NCBI GenBank assembly: GCA_964016885.1
Contig: OZ024742.1
Coordinates: 283,588,001-283,652,000, forward strand
Direction: 5' to 3'
Source of the DNA: Eledone cirrhosa
Lineage: Eukaryota
DNA length: 64,000 nt
Made by a program: the position numbers and the translations under genes. The notes under the pieces are model-generated. The model did not search any database, was not told the DNA's origin, and saw nothing but the letters and a program-made list of their open reading frames with translations. Numbering within the stretch: the stretch's first letter is position 1; each line of letters opens with the position of its first letter. This document shows, one piece after another, positions 1 through 11,392 of this stretch.

Positions 1-313
1 TTAAAAAAATCCGTTTTTCGTGTAAAGAGCCGGAAGCCATATTATTTGGCCAGTCTATACATTTATAATTATGATTTTGAATCAGAACAGAAATTTAAAA
101 CAATATGAAATTCAGAAAGAATCTTATTAAAGAACACTGATTTATAAATAATTTAGCAGATTTTCTTTGAAAAATATCTTAAGTGAATCTTTTAAAATTC
201 TGATACAAATGGTTATTTCGTAGATACGTAAACTACTACAAAGTTTTTTCATCATACACAATAGAATGAATGCAAGCAACTTAATGATAATCAAGAGTAG
301 AGCTGTTTGTACA

Positions 314-510
314 ACTTACTGTTTTTCTAATATCTTTCTTCAGTATTTGGTGTAGATAGATGTAGAAATGTGAGGACATTGACAGACACAACACATTTAA
401 AAATGTTCATAAAGACATTAGTGATAGGAAAGAACAAACTAAGTGATATATCTCAAATATATACATAACTAACCGACCAAACCAGATATCTTATTTTCGT
501 AGCTGACTGT
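314..510 (-). promoter_or_regulatory. Putative ZNF promoter/non-coding exon 1 block (copy 1; its gene would lie left of the window)
   Basis: Homologous to 15448-15645, 29670-29865 and inverted 62503-62688. On the minus strand it runs from an Inr-like TCAGCTACGAAA to the donor AAAACA|GTAAGT (GT at 319-318). Confidence 0.6.
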
Positions 511-1155
511 TGAATATATAGAATGTATAGAACATTTTTATTTTCAATTTTATTATAAATTGATATGTTGATTTATGAAATGTGAAATGATGACTAAAAC
601 CTGTGCAACATCAGAATGTAACCTAAATAGGAATTGTTTTATAAAATAGTTAAGGTAGAAACCAGTTGATTTATGCCTAGCACAGGCTACATATTTATAG
701 ATTTAGTCTTCGAAAATATTTCATTAAAATATCTATTTAGCTGGTTTGCACCTTTTTTTTTTATCGTTGATACGTTATACATATATAAAATATATCAAGT
801 AAATTAAATAAACAGTATGCAGCAAGCTAAAAATACAGGGAAATGTCAAATTTTATTTAAATAACTATGAGATATGCCGTCCAACAGAAGGTGTAAAGTT
901 ACAACTCCCTTTTTCCTTACTTTTAATTGTGTTCTGTCAATTCTAAAGGAAAATAGAATCTAGAACAAGGCGGTGTCTCAGCATGGCCGCAATCAAATGA
1001 CTAATTAATAAGAAACATCGGCCAAAGATAGATGAAACAGGATAAAGGGCCCTGTGGTTTCTGGGTATATTGGGGGAGTGGTTTGGCAGATAATCGTTCT
1101 TGTAAATGCTTTGTTTCTCAGTGCGCTGCAGGTCAGAGAGGAAGAATTTATAAAA

Positions 1156-1404
1156 TGAACCCTTTTGGTACCAAACTATCTCTGGATCTAGGATGATTTT
1201 GTTTTTTTCTTCGAATGTTTATATTTATCTAAAACACTTTCCATCATAATTTTATGTAAAAACATTTTTTAAGTTATGCACCAAATATCAGCTTAATTGC
1301 GAGAAAGTTATATAACTAAATCTGTCCATTTTCTTGATTATTTTCAAAATGAATTGAAAATTTTAGGCAGCACCTTTCCTGAGAATTATGGTAATGAAAG
1401 GGTT
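1156..1404. mobile_element. piggyBac-like MITE of a dispersed family
   Basis: Ends AACCCTTTT...GAAAGGGTT. Internal CTTCCATCATAATTTTAT recurs near 8800 and 21350; related pieces near 27000, 46100, 52180, 53000 and 54140. Confidence 0.45.
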
Positions 1405-1450
1405 GTCACTATATTTTATTCACAGTTTGTATAAATAACATTACAAATCG

Positions 1451-2091
1451 GGCATAGGTTAAGAATAACGTTCGCGAAAATGAAAGTCAATTTTCTGACA
1501 AGTGAATGTGTTTGTTTGTTTTTTTGACAATGAAAATTACGATACACACGCAATTGTTTATTTACTACAGGTCTCTATAGTGATATGGTGTTAATTAGTA
1601 TTGCGTGTGTGATTATTTTCTCTTATATATATATGTGTGGGTGTGTATATGTGTGTATATATATGTGTGTCTGTATGTATATATATATATGTGTGTTTGT
1701 ATATATATATATATGTGTTTGTGTCATCATCATCGTTTAGATGTTTTTGTAATATCTTGCCAAAGTTGGCACCAACTATAAAGAAATTAAGGCCGGGTCA
1801 TAAGAAGGACAGAGAATGATAAGGGATTTGGGTAAAAACATCTAAACGATGATGATGACACAAACATATATATATATACAAACACACATATATATACATA
1901 CAGACACACATATATATATAAGAGAAAATAATCACACACGCAATACTAATTAACATCATATCACTATAGAGACCTGTTGTAAATAAACAATTGCGTGTGT
2001 ATCGTAACTTTCATTGTTAAAAAAAAAAAAAAACATTCACTTGTCAGAAAATTGACTTTCACTTTCGCGAACGTTATTCTTAACCTATGCC
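1451..2091. mobile_element. Foldback/MITE-like element with long inverted arms
   Basis: 1451-1748 is the reverse complement of 1835-2091 apart from microsatellite length, with an ~86-bp spacer. It is absent from the paralogous site at 16261-16310. ACAAAT flanks both sides. Confidence 0.7.
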
Positions 2092-2322
2092 ACAAATATG
2101 TTTTAAATATATACATAAATAACATTACAAAACTTAAACCGGACAATACAAGACAATTTATATATATAATAGCCATTATACAAATGAAAAAATATTTTAT
2201 TCAATATTTTAAATAAATCAATTAGATAATAAAAGAATACATTAAATCGGTAGTTTATTGAATTTTCCCTTTGTGTCCTAGATTCATATACATGTGTGTA
2301 TATGTATGTATGGTTATATACA

Positions 2323-3546
2323 TGTAACGGAATTCTCCTATAAATTACCCGGCGAAGATTCGAAAACGAATCTAAGAGTTCTCGCATCTGGGACCACCTA
2401 TTGTTGGCGGTTCCCACCATTGTCTTGTCAAAAGACAACGATGATAAACGTACATACCAGTTGACCTGTGACCTCCAGCTTCTTGAGAGATGATACACAC
2501 ATGGCTGATCATAAATCAACCCCCATATACACATCCTTCTAGCTATAGGGTTATTATAAATACAAGGACTTGGGGGGAATCCAGCAGCCAGACCACGAAG
2601 CAGCAGTCCTTGAGGGAATAACGATGTAGCCAATTCACTTTTACTCTATCTATCTCTCCTGGCCACAGACTACATCAGCATACCTTTTACTCCTTCTCTC
2701 TCCTGGCAAGGTTCTCACATTTCATACCCGCTCGGCAAATTTGACCAACGAGGGGATAGACAAACATAAACACACACGCAGTAGGTTTACTTATGTTTTT
2801 CACTAATCTTTCGTCTTCCTGTTATTTCACGTCTATTATATCGTTGTATTGATACATGCATACACGCTAGCTCGAAGTAGCTAGCCAGCAGATAATGTAG
2901 TGATAATTGCTGCCACAAGTTTATTACTCGATGCACAATGTACCAAGTGAATATTGTTATTGTAAAATAAACATTGTCAACATCACAATTCTGGCATTAT
3001 TCATTTTATCATCCATACCAAAGGGAATACATGTGTACAGCCACCGGAAATAACATCTGTGAAATATACAGCGCCATCTAACTGTTAGCTAGCAACTCAA
3101 CGTGAAACAAAAGAACCCTTAAAAGCTACCAGAATAAACGCCTACACAGCGGCTAAACATCAAACGATTATTTCTGTATAAATAGAGTGGTTCCAAACAC
3201 TTCGCCAGTCGACTTTTGGCAGAGTCAGCTAGCGCATCGTTGTTCCTCGCCTCTGCCACGCTTTGTCACTCACACACGCCTTGTACCTCGTATCGTCGCT
3301 TCATGTGAAAATAAATAGCTGATCGAATTTACATCTCGCCTTGCTTCGTCCTTTCAACTTCTGCTTTCGTCTGTCCATCCTCAACAGTTCTTTTAAGGGC
3401 TATATGCGACAACAGTCCTTTTAAGGGCTATCTTCAGATCTGATCAGACCGTATGCGATAACAGTCCTTCTAAGGGCTATTCTCGGATCTGATCAGAAGT
3501 AGTGACTAGACTGACTAACCACGTCACTACACATGTATCCGCTACA
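2323..3546 (+). mobile_element. Solo LTR related to the 30731-36525 Gypsy LTR, interrupted by a second solo LTR
   Basis: Starts TGTAAC and ends GCTACA. GGCGAAGATTCGAAAACGAATCT...CTGGGAC matches the LTR at 35759-35802. No TSD is evident. Confidence 0.65.
3034..3531 (+). mobile_element. Solo LTR of the family of the 55978-61286 Gypsy element
   Basis: TGTACAG...CTACA. Reverse-complement match to 55978-56464. 4-bp TSD CATG (3030-3033 / 3532-3535). TATAAATA at ~3177 and AATAAA at ~3310. Confidence 0.9.
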
Positions 3547-4000
3547 AATATATATTCACTGAGTCAAATATCTCCAATTTTATTTTTATTTTTTGTCTCC
3601 GTGTACCTAGTTTGTGTTTACCATGATTATTTTATTACTGTTATGCAATACACCTGATGTCGCTGTAACTCTACTGGCCATTGAAATATATAAAGCGTCT
3701 GCAAAAATAAAAACTCTAAAGCAATTTCAACAATCTGCTCGGGGTCATTAAGTTACCAAAGTTAGGTTGCACCACCCATTTTATGGCAGCACTTTTTTGT
3801 CTGCCAGGCACTGGGTGAATGAATTGCAGACCTGGAAGCAGGAGCTGTGCCAGCAGTGACAATTGTAGTTTCGCCTATGGATATTATCTCTGTGCAAAAA
3901 AGTGTTGAAATTTATTGTTTCACAGTACTTGCGCAACACGCGCGTAGACGATGCCAGCCGAACAACAGAGCTGCGATGGAGTTGTTCTGCATGGTTGTCT

Positions 4001-4552
4001 GTGTGTTTTCTAAATTTAAGACAGTAGGGAGGGTTGTGATATGAGGGAGAGTTAGCTGTTGTCTCTAGCATGTTTAGTGACCTCATAGAGGATATGTGTT
4101 TTCTAAATTTAAGACAGTAGGGAGTGGTGTGATATGGGGGAGAGTTAGCTGCTGTTTCTAGCAGGTTTAGTGACCTCATAGAAGATATGTTTTCTAAATT
4201 TAAGACAGTAGGGAGGGGTGTGATATGGGGGAGAGTTAGCTGCTGTTTCTAGCAGGCTTAGTGACCTCATAGAAGATATGTTTTCTAAATTTAAGACAGT
4301 AGGGAGGGGTGTGATATGGGGGAGAGTTAGCTGCTGTTTCTAGCAGGTTTAGTAACCTCATAGAGGATATGTGTTTTCTAAATTTAAGACAGTAGGGAGT
4401 GGTGTGATATGGGGGGAGTTAGCTGCTGTTTCTAGCAGGTTTAGTGACCTCATAGAAGATATGTTTTCTAAATTTAAGACAGTAGGGAGGAGTGTGGTAT
4501 GGGGGAGAGTTAGCTGCTGTTTCTAGCAGGTTTAGTGACCTCATAGAGGATA
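4001..4552. repeat. Tandem minisatellite, 6 copies of a 90-93 bp unit
   Basis: TAAATTTAAGACAGTAGGGAG recurs at 4011, 4104, 4195, 4286, 4379 and 4469. Confidence 0.95.
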
Positions 4553-4560
4553 TTATTGTT

Positions 4561-5169
4561 TATCATTATCTATAAAAGGCAGATTGTTGTTGTTGTTGAA
4601 GTGAGTGTGTGTTTGTATGCGTTTGGAAAAGAGGTTTTAAAAAAGATTCATCGCTTGTTGTTGAATAAATGTATCTGTTGCTTTTGAATAATTGTCGTTT
4701 CGTATGAAATGTAATAATTGTTTCTACTTTTTTGGCACAAGGCCAGCAATCACTCAGTACATTACTGGTACTTTATGTAATAATAAACGTTCTCTATCTC
4801 TCTCCCTCTCACTCTCTTCTCTCTCTCTCTTCGGCAATCACGCACGTTGTCAGATGATATGAGAGAGTAAAACGGACAGTATCACCATCAAGCTTGGAAA
4901 GAGAAAGTAGCAGAGGGTATGAAGTTGTATAGATTTTGAATGGTAGTGGAAAGAGTTTAGCAGTTTAAATGACAGAGGAAAATCGTAAAATATTGAGTTT
5001 TATCTATTTTTTGCGTAATTGTGGGTGAAATTGAAAAAATTAGATGTGCCAAGACGCAATCGATGCTATTTCGAATACTGAATTGTAAATTTCAATTGAA
5101 AAAATTCTATATCGTAGATTTCTATAAGAAAGGAGCATGACCACACACTGAGCTTTATAGATTATGATA
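4561..5169. mobile_element. Putative MITE with ~16-bp terminal inverted repeats and a nested SINE 3' fragment
   Basis: Left end TATCATTATCTATAAA vs reverse complement of right end TATCATAATCTATAAA (15/16). Confidence 0.5.
4719..4774 (-). mobile_element. 5'-truncated SINE 3' end (~56 bp)
   Basis: Matches the SINE tail AAAGTACCAGTAATG...GGCCTTGTGCCAAAAAAGTAGAAACA. 10-bp TSD ATGTAATAAT (4709-4718 / 4775-4784). Confidence 0.8.
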
Positions 5170-5313
5170 TATATTTATTTAGGTTTGTTGGTTCACCACT
5201 GGATAGAACTGGTCATTCCATGTAGTCAACCGTGATGTAATATTAGGAAGGAATTTCACCAGTCCAGCCTCCTGTCATTTTACTCAATAATATATATATA
5301 TATAAATATATAT

Positions 5314-5932
5314 ATATTGTTATACTTTGGGAGGGTCATGTTGCCAATAAGAAACACACGCACCAGTTGCTTTCACTCCAATTTATTATAAATTAAATTT
5401 ATAAATTTCCGGTTGGTTGGTTGGCTCCATAACCGGACGGTTGTTCATATATTGTCAAAGTTCTTTCGTCACACATTCTATGACCTTTTCAGTGACCTGG
5501 TATTCTTTTTTTTGTTTTTGTGCCTCTCCTTTGTTCTGTCCTACGCCATCTTGTTTTTGTGTGTGTTGTGTGCTTAGTTTGTGCATGTGTTACATCCGGG
5601 TGTCTGTGTGTGTTTATATTTGTTTATTTATCTGTTTATTTACATGTTACTGGTTGGTTGTTTGTTCTATGTGTGTGTGTGTTTTCACATAGAAAATAGA
5701 AAATAGAAAACATGAATGGAATAACAACATCACAACTTACAATTAAGGTCAAAATGAAAAAACACACACACATAGAACAAACAACCAACCAGTAACATGT
5801 AAATAAACAAATATAAACACACACAGACACCCGGATGTAACACATGCGCAACATGACCCTCCCAAAGTATAACAATATCGGTTTCAACACACGTTTTCAG
5901 ATAAAGAATCTTGCTAAACAAATTCAGAAACG

Positions 5933-5935
<3 letters not shown>
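5314..5935. mobile_element. Head-to-head inverted insertion in (TA)n, Penelope-like fragment
   Basis: 5314-5344 plus 5583-5688 is the reverse complement of 5755-5878. (TA)n on both flanks. Contains a degenerate hammerhead motif. Confidence 0.6.
5454..5496 (-). ncRNA. Degenerate minimal type-I hammerhead ribozyme motif
   Basis: Minus strand reads GTCA CTGAAAA GGTCA-loop-TGAC GAAA GAAC TT TGAC. Stems I-III are present but the core is CUGAAAA instead of CUGANGA. Confidence 0.5.
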
Positions 5936-5972
<37 letters not shown>

Positions 5973-6029
5973 CGAGATAATAAAGTTTCACTCTAAAATG
6001 TCTTTATTCTATATCGACCTACACACACT

Positions 6030-6100
<71 letters not shown>

Positions 6101-6105
<5 letters not shown>

Positions 6106-6855
6106 GTATATAAAACTGAAGTTGTCTGTGTCTGTGTCTGTGTGTCCTAATTTTAGAAAGTCTATACAAATCCACATTTCTACTCCGATTGACTTCAAAC
6201 TTGCATTTATATATTCCTTGCAGTCCAAAGACATTAACTGCAGCTTTTATTTTTCAATTTTCTGTTGTTAAAGGCGTTTTTTTCACTCAAATTTTAAGCC
6301 CTTTTTGTCAGTTCGACAATTTTGTCTACAATGTTCAAGAAAGACAACTCTTTAGTATTTTGAAAGAGTTACCTCTCTTTATAGACTATATTATCCCTAC
6401 TTAAACGTACATCCCTTGAAATTGTTGACCCCAATAGTAACTCTGAAGCGTCCGGTATCCGATATAACAGTTCAGTCTATATCAGATTGGGTAGATTTTT
6501 GTAACCTTAAAAGTATCCAACTAAATTCCTTCATGCTCTCCACCACTGCAGTCCCACATACTTACTGCTCTGTAACTTTCATTGCACCATAGCACAACAA
6601 ATACATGTTCGGTTTGTCGAATGCCTTTTTACTTAACCCTATGGTCTTGGCTTTCGTGGGTTGAACATTTTACTCTCAGGCACCCAATTAAGTTAAACCC
6701 CTGGTAATCTACAACAAATTTTTTTTATAAGCACAAAATGTAGACACCATCCCCAGGCCGAGGTATTCCGTACTTCTCTGTACTGTTTCAGAAAGGAGCG
6801 ATAAACATGCCAATCTATATTAAGAAGCCTGATCAACGCCGGGCCATTCTGCTAG
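6101..6855 (+). mobile_element. Non-autonomous Helitron-like element
   Basis: 5' TATATAAAACTGAAGTTGTCTGTG followed by a microsatellite. 3' GC-rich hairpin-like segment GCCTGATCAACGCCGGGC, then CTAG|T at 6852-6856. Confidence 0.65.
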
Positions 6856-7591
6856 TATAATTGTTTCTACTTTTTTGGCACAAGGACAGCAATTATTAGC
6901 TGTGACTTCGAAGTTTCACCTACAGATCTAACGAAACTGCGCATTCACTATCGGTTATATTCACTTTTTTTAATAATGGTATATACTATCAAATGTGAAA
7001 AAGATGTACATCTATGAATTGTTTGATGACACTGGTAAACTTTACCATTTACAATAAGAAATTTCTTTGTGTGGTCATTTACTTTTAATTTTTTTGTATT
7101 TGTAAAAAAAAAAACTTGATAAAAAAGGGGAAAAAACGGCCTTTAAGAGTTTTTTGCGATTCAATTATATCAACCTCCTTTTTGAAGAGTTATTTTGTTT
7201 TTAACACTGCTTAGTGTTGTCTAGTAAATGGATTTATATCAACATAACCTGTAATTAGAACTGGTGCTAGTATTAGACCGACTTGGCAGCAGGATGGAAT
7301 GCAGACCTCTGAGGAGTGAATTACTGAACCTTAAAGGGTCAGTTTATACAAATTTGTATAGTTAAATATATACTTTCCTCTGATCAATAAATTAATCACT
7401 AAACAATCTTTGCCATGTAATAGTGTTGTAAAAATATCCAAAGATGTAGAGAGGGCCATATGGTGTTATGACCTGTCACATGATTTACCATGGGTGAGAC
7501 TGGACTGTGTAGTTGAAAATGTAGGCATAGTAATTTTCTTTGAGCAGTCAGAGGAAGAAGTGTCAAAAACAAGGTTCGACAGCTTCCCAAA

Positions 7592-8003
7592 CTTCTTCTT
7601 CGCCCACTTATTCCTGAGAGGGTCGTGGATGCAGAGTCCTCAAACACTTCTTCCAGCAGGTCCTGTCAGAGTAACTGTCTCAAACTGATCCAGCTGGATC
7701 CCCAACCGTGACCAGCCAAGCTCATGGATGTTATTCAACCATCTTGCTCGGGGTTTACCCCTGGGTCTCATGCCGGTTGGTTTTGCTCATAAAATCTGAC
7801 CAGCGATTCTTTCCTGAGACATTCTAACCACATGCCCATAGAATTAGAGCTGTGATCTCTCAATTCGGAGAAGTAGTGGCTCTACCTGGAATGACTCTCT
7901 GATGTCCAAGTTACGCACTTTATCGAGTAACATTACTCCAAAGGACTTCTATTTTGGCCGCTTGTATTTGCGATCATATTCTTTTGGTCATTACCCAAGA
8001 TTT
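7592..8003 (-). mobile_element. RTE-like LINE 3' fragment
   Basis: Homologous to 39830-40215, 40340-41050 and 48455-48925. (GAA)n tail on the minus strand. Confidence 0.75.
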
Positions 8004-11000
8004 ATTTGAGAGAATGAGCTGCTGTAGAGCACTAAATACTCAGGAGCTGGTCAATCCTATAGTCATTAAACATTTGCTAAGGTAAAACGTAAAGGCTTCA
8101 ACAGCTTGTCACTGATTAGATATCTGGTCCTCTCTCTTATAAGAGAGAGAATTAGGTGTAGATGTGAAAAATATTGTTTTTTTTAAAGCAATTTTTATTT
8201 ATATAAAAGGAAAGGAGCCAATTATCAGATCTAAAGAAACAATGTCTCTATTGCTGATACTGGCACTAGAGAAGAATTTTTTTTTTTTTTTGTATCAGTA
8301 TCATTTCTCTACATAACCATCAAAATTGTCAATACATTTTTGAAAGCTCATTTTTATTTATAAACATCTAATAAATGTTTAGTTGGAAAGGGAAGGGCAA
8401 TGCCTTTGGCCCTTATCAGGGCCTCCAGTGACTGGTGGAAGATAGGAAGTAAGGTATCCTTAAACTGGAGATCTAACTCGAATACATGAAACAGTGTAGA
8501 CTGCTAAAGGCACCAAAGGTCACAGTGGGATTCGAATTCAAAATTCCAAGAGCAAAAAAAGGCACAAATTATCACATCTGACACTAACAACTCTGCCAAT
8601 CTATCACCCTGGGCTGGTACTTTATTTTATCAACCTCAGAATGTTGAAAGGTAACATTAACTTCAGTAGGATTTGAACTCAGAAGGCAGAGCAAGAAATA
8701 CAAGGGATTTGATCTTATGCTTTAGTAACGCTGCCAAATCACCACCTTAACTCTTGATACAAAACTGTATATTTTAAGATGTTTATATTTATCAAGACCT
8801 TCCATCATAATTTTATATGAAAACCTTATTTTCAGCCTCCTGCCTTCAATCACTCGTGAACACAGCCCTGAGATATTTGAACTTGTTTACTTGCTTCAGT
8901 GGAACTCCATTCACATGTAGAGTGCACTGCACAGGCTTCCTTGAGAGGACAAGAGTCAGTTTTCACAGCACTGATTTTCATTCCAGCCATGCAACATTTG
9001 GAATCAAACCTATTGAGTGCAAGTCAGAGATCACCTTTTGTCAAGTTAAGTAACCACCATGTTGTCTGCAAATTCCAGCCGACTAATTTTACATCCGCCA
9101 GTCATGATACCACTTCCAACCCGGCTGCACATGTCAATCCTTTACAAACTAAAATCATTTTTTTAAATACTGATGAAAATGATGTTTTAACTCAATGAAA
9201 CAATGCAAAGAAATAATTATACAAAGGATATATTTTCAAACCTGTAGTAATTTGAGGTTCAAATATTTATTTGAAATAAAATTACAAATTATGCCACAAA
9301 ATTTAACTTTTACAGTAAGATTTAACCAAGTTAATGGTCATATTGACATAGAAGTTTACATTCAGCTTAAATACAATGATGTTACATAGCCCCCAGGTCA
9401 AATGACTGAACAAAACTATAATCAAATCTATTCGTCATGACCATTCAAAGCTTCTAACCAATGCTGTATATCTAGGACTACATTATCCAATGCATCTCTC
9501 CACTTTTTCAAGATGGTAGGGCTGTAAAATAATGTAAATTTGGCTGCTTTTTCTTATAGATTAAGTAAAAATGTACTGGATCCCTCAATGGTACATAATT
9601 ACAATATTGATAAGAGTTCAGGAACAAAGTTTACAAAATAACTTTCAATTTCTGTCAATTAAAAGACATTTTTTTAATCTGAAAGAATGAAACATGAAGT
9701 TTTCAAAGTTGAAAAAGTTAACATTTATTCTTTTACTTTTACTGGTTTCAGTCATTATACTGTGGTTATGCTGAACACCACATTAAGTCAATCATATTGA
9801 CACCAGTACTTATTTTATTGTTTAACTGCATGTTTTGCAACAAACATATATACACAAAGACACACACACATATATATATGACAAACTTCTGCCCCCCCCC
9901 CCCCCCCCCCAAATTCCACTCAGAAGGCATTGGTCAATCTAAAGCTATTGTTGCTGCACAGTAGGACAGAATCCATAACCACATGGTTGCGAAGCAAATT
10001 CCCTAACCACCCAGCCATGCCAGCACCTATTTATGAAACTTTTTACTGGTAAGTCAGGAAATGAAGGGGAGTGATGCTCATGACCCTTTCCAGTCTGCTA
10101 GGCTAGTGAGAGGGAGGAAAATATACTGAAACTGAAGGCCTGGCCCAAATGCTTGCCACAGTAGACTCCACCAAAGGTTAGATAGTGGTGGAATTAAACT
10201 GACTGATAATTTGTTTACTACCCAAAATCCAGTTATATATAGCGTGTGTAAATATGCCTGTGAGAATGTTATACTACGTATAGTATACCATCATCAGCTG
10301 TGCTGGCATGGGTGGGAGAAAGGCTATAGCAAGGTTAATCCCAGCTGCTGCTGCTACTATTCCTTTTTAGCTGAGTGGCCTGGAGCAACATGAAATGAAC
10401 TGTGAAGATCGAACCCATCACCTTATGATTGTGAAGCCAATACCCTAACCACTAGGCTTTGAGCCTTCTTGTAGTTAATTAACAATATGAATATATTCAT
10501 GACCAAATTAAATCTGTTTCAAACAAATACTTTTACCATACATATTACAATGATGAGAAGTATTACATGCACATCAGGAAATTTGTTCATTCTCTCTAGA
10601 ATTGATTTGACCTTCCTCTGAAATGACTTTGGGGTAAACCTTTCTAAATTTGACAGGACCACGTTTTCAATCTGGCTGAATTTAATTCAGCTTGGGTGTT
10701 TTCAGGACCATGCATGTTGTTGCTGTTACAACTCACAACTGTGTAGGTTTAGCTGGCTTACTATGAGATTGTATCTCATAGGTTTCTTAATGATAGTGGC
10801 CCGTCCTGTGCTGTTGAAAATCATCATAAGAGATCTGTTTATGGATGTTGTATGCAAAAATTTTAGGATTAAAGTGTGGGAGTGTGCAATCATCACCACA
10901 GGATTGTGTGGTCAAGCATTTTTATGGGTTTAGTTGTCTTTTGTTCATAACTTGAGAGAATGAGGTACACAAGTCTGTTTTCTTGGTTTATGAGTGTTGT

Positions 11001-11392
11001 TCATGACCAGAGATGAGCCTGAATGCTTGCAACAGGGTAAAGTTCCTTAAAGGTACCTGAGGCAAGGTGGTGATGTTAAATTGTGCATCAATATTAAACC
11101 GACCATCAAAATAGGCTACAGAGGAGTTAGAACTCAGAAGTAAAAAAAAACTGGAACAAGTAATGATGCTCTAAAAATTCCACCTATCCACAAACATGGA
11201 CTGGTACTTTATTTTAACTCCAAAAGTTGACTGTTGCAGGATTTGAAATCAAAGTGTAGAGAATTGGAACAAATACCACAAGGTATTTTCTCATTTGCTC
11301 TAACAATTCTGCCCATTCACTGGTTAGTATTCATGTGTTGGTAAATCTGTGGACATAGAGAGGAGTTATGTTCATAGCCAATATGGAAGCTT

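Noticed and set aside
1494-1540. Hammerhead in the 1451-2091 foldback arms (CTGACAA...GAAA)
   Set aside because: The core is mismatched and stems I-III are not convincing.
2103-2633. 176-aa minus-strand ORF
   Set aside because: It spans a solo LTR and AT-rich flank, has a non-ATG start and shows no recognisable domain.
4001-4552. Possible CRISPR-like array
   Set aside because: The units repeat in full with no unique spacers, the context is eukaryotic, and there are no cas genes.
5911-6234. ORFs rich in YI/IY/VC repeats (also 1637-1819 and 5417-5921)
   Set aside because: They are translations of (TA)n and (TG)n microsatellites.
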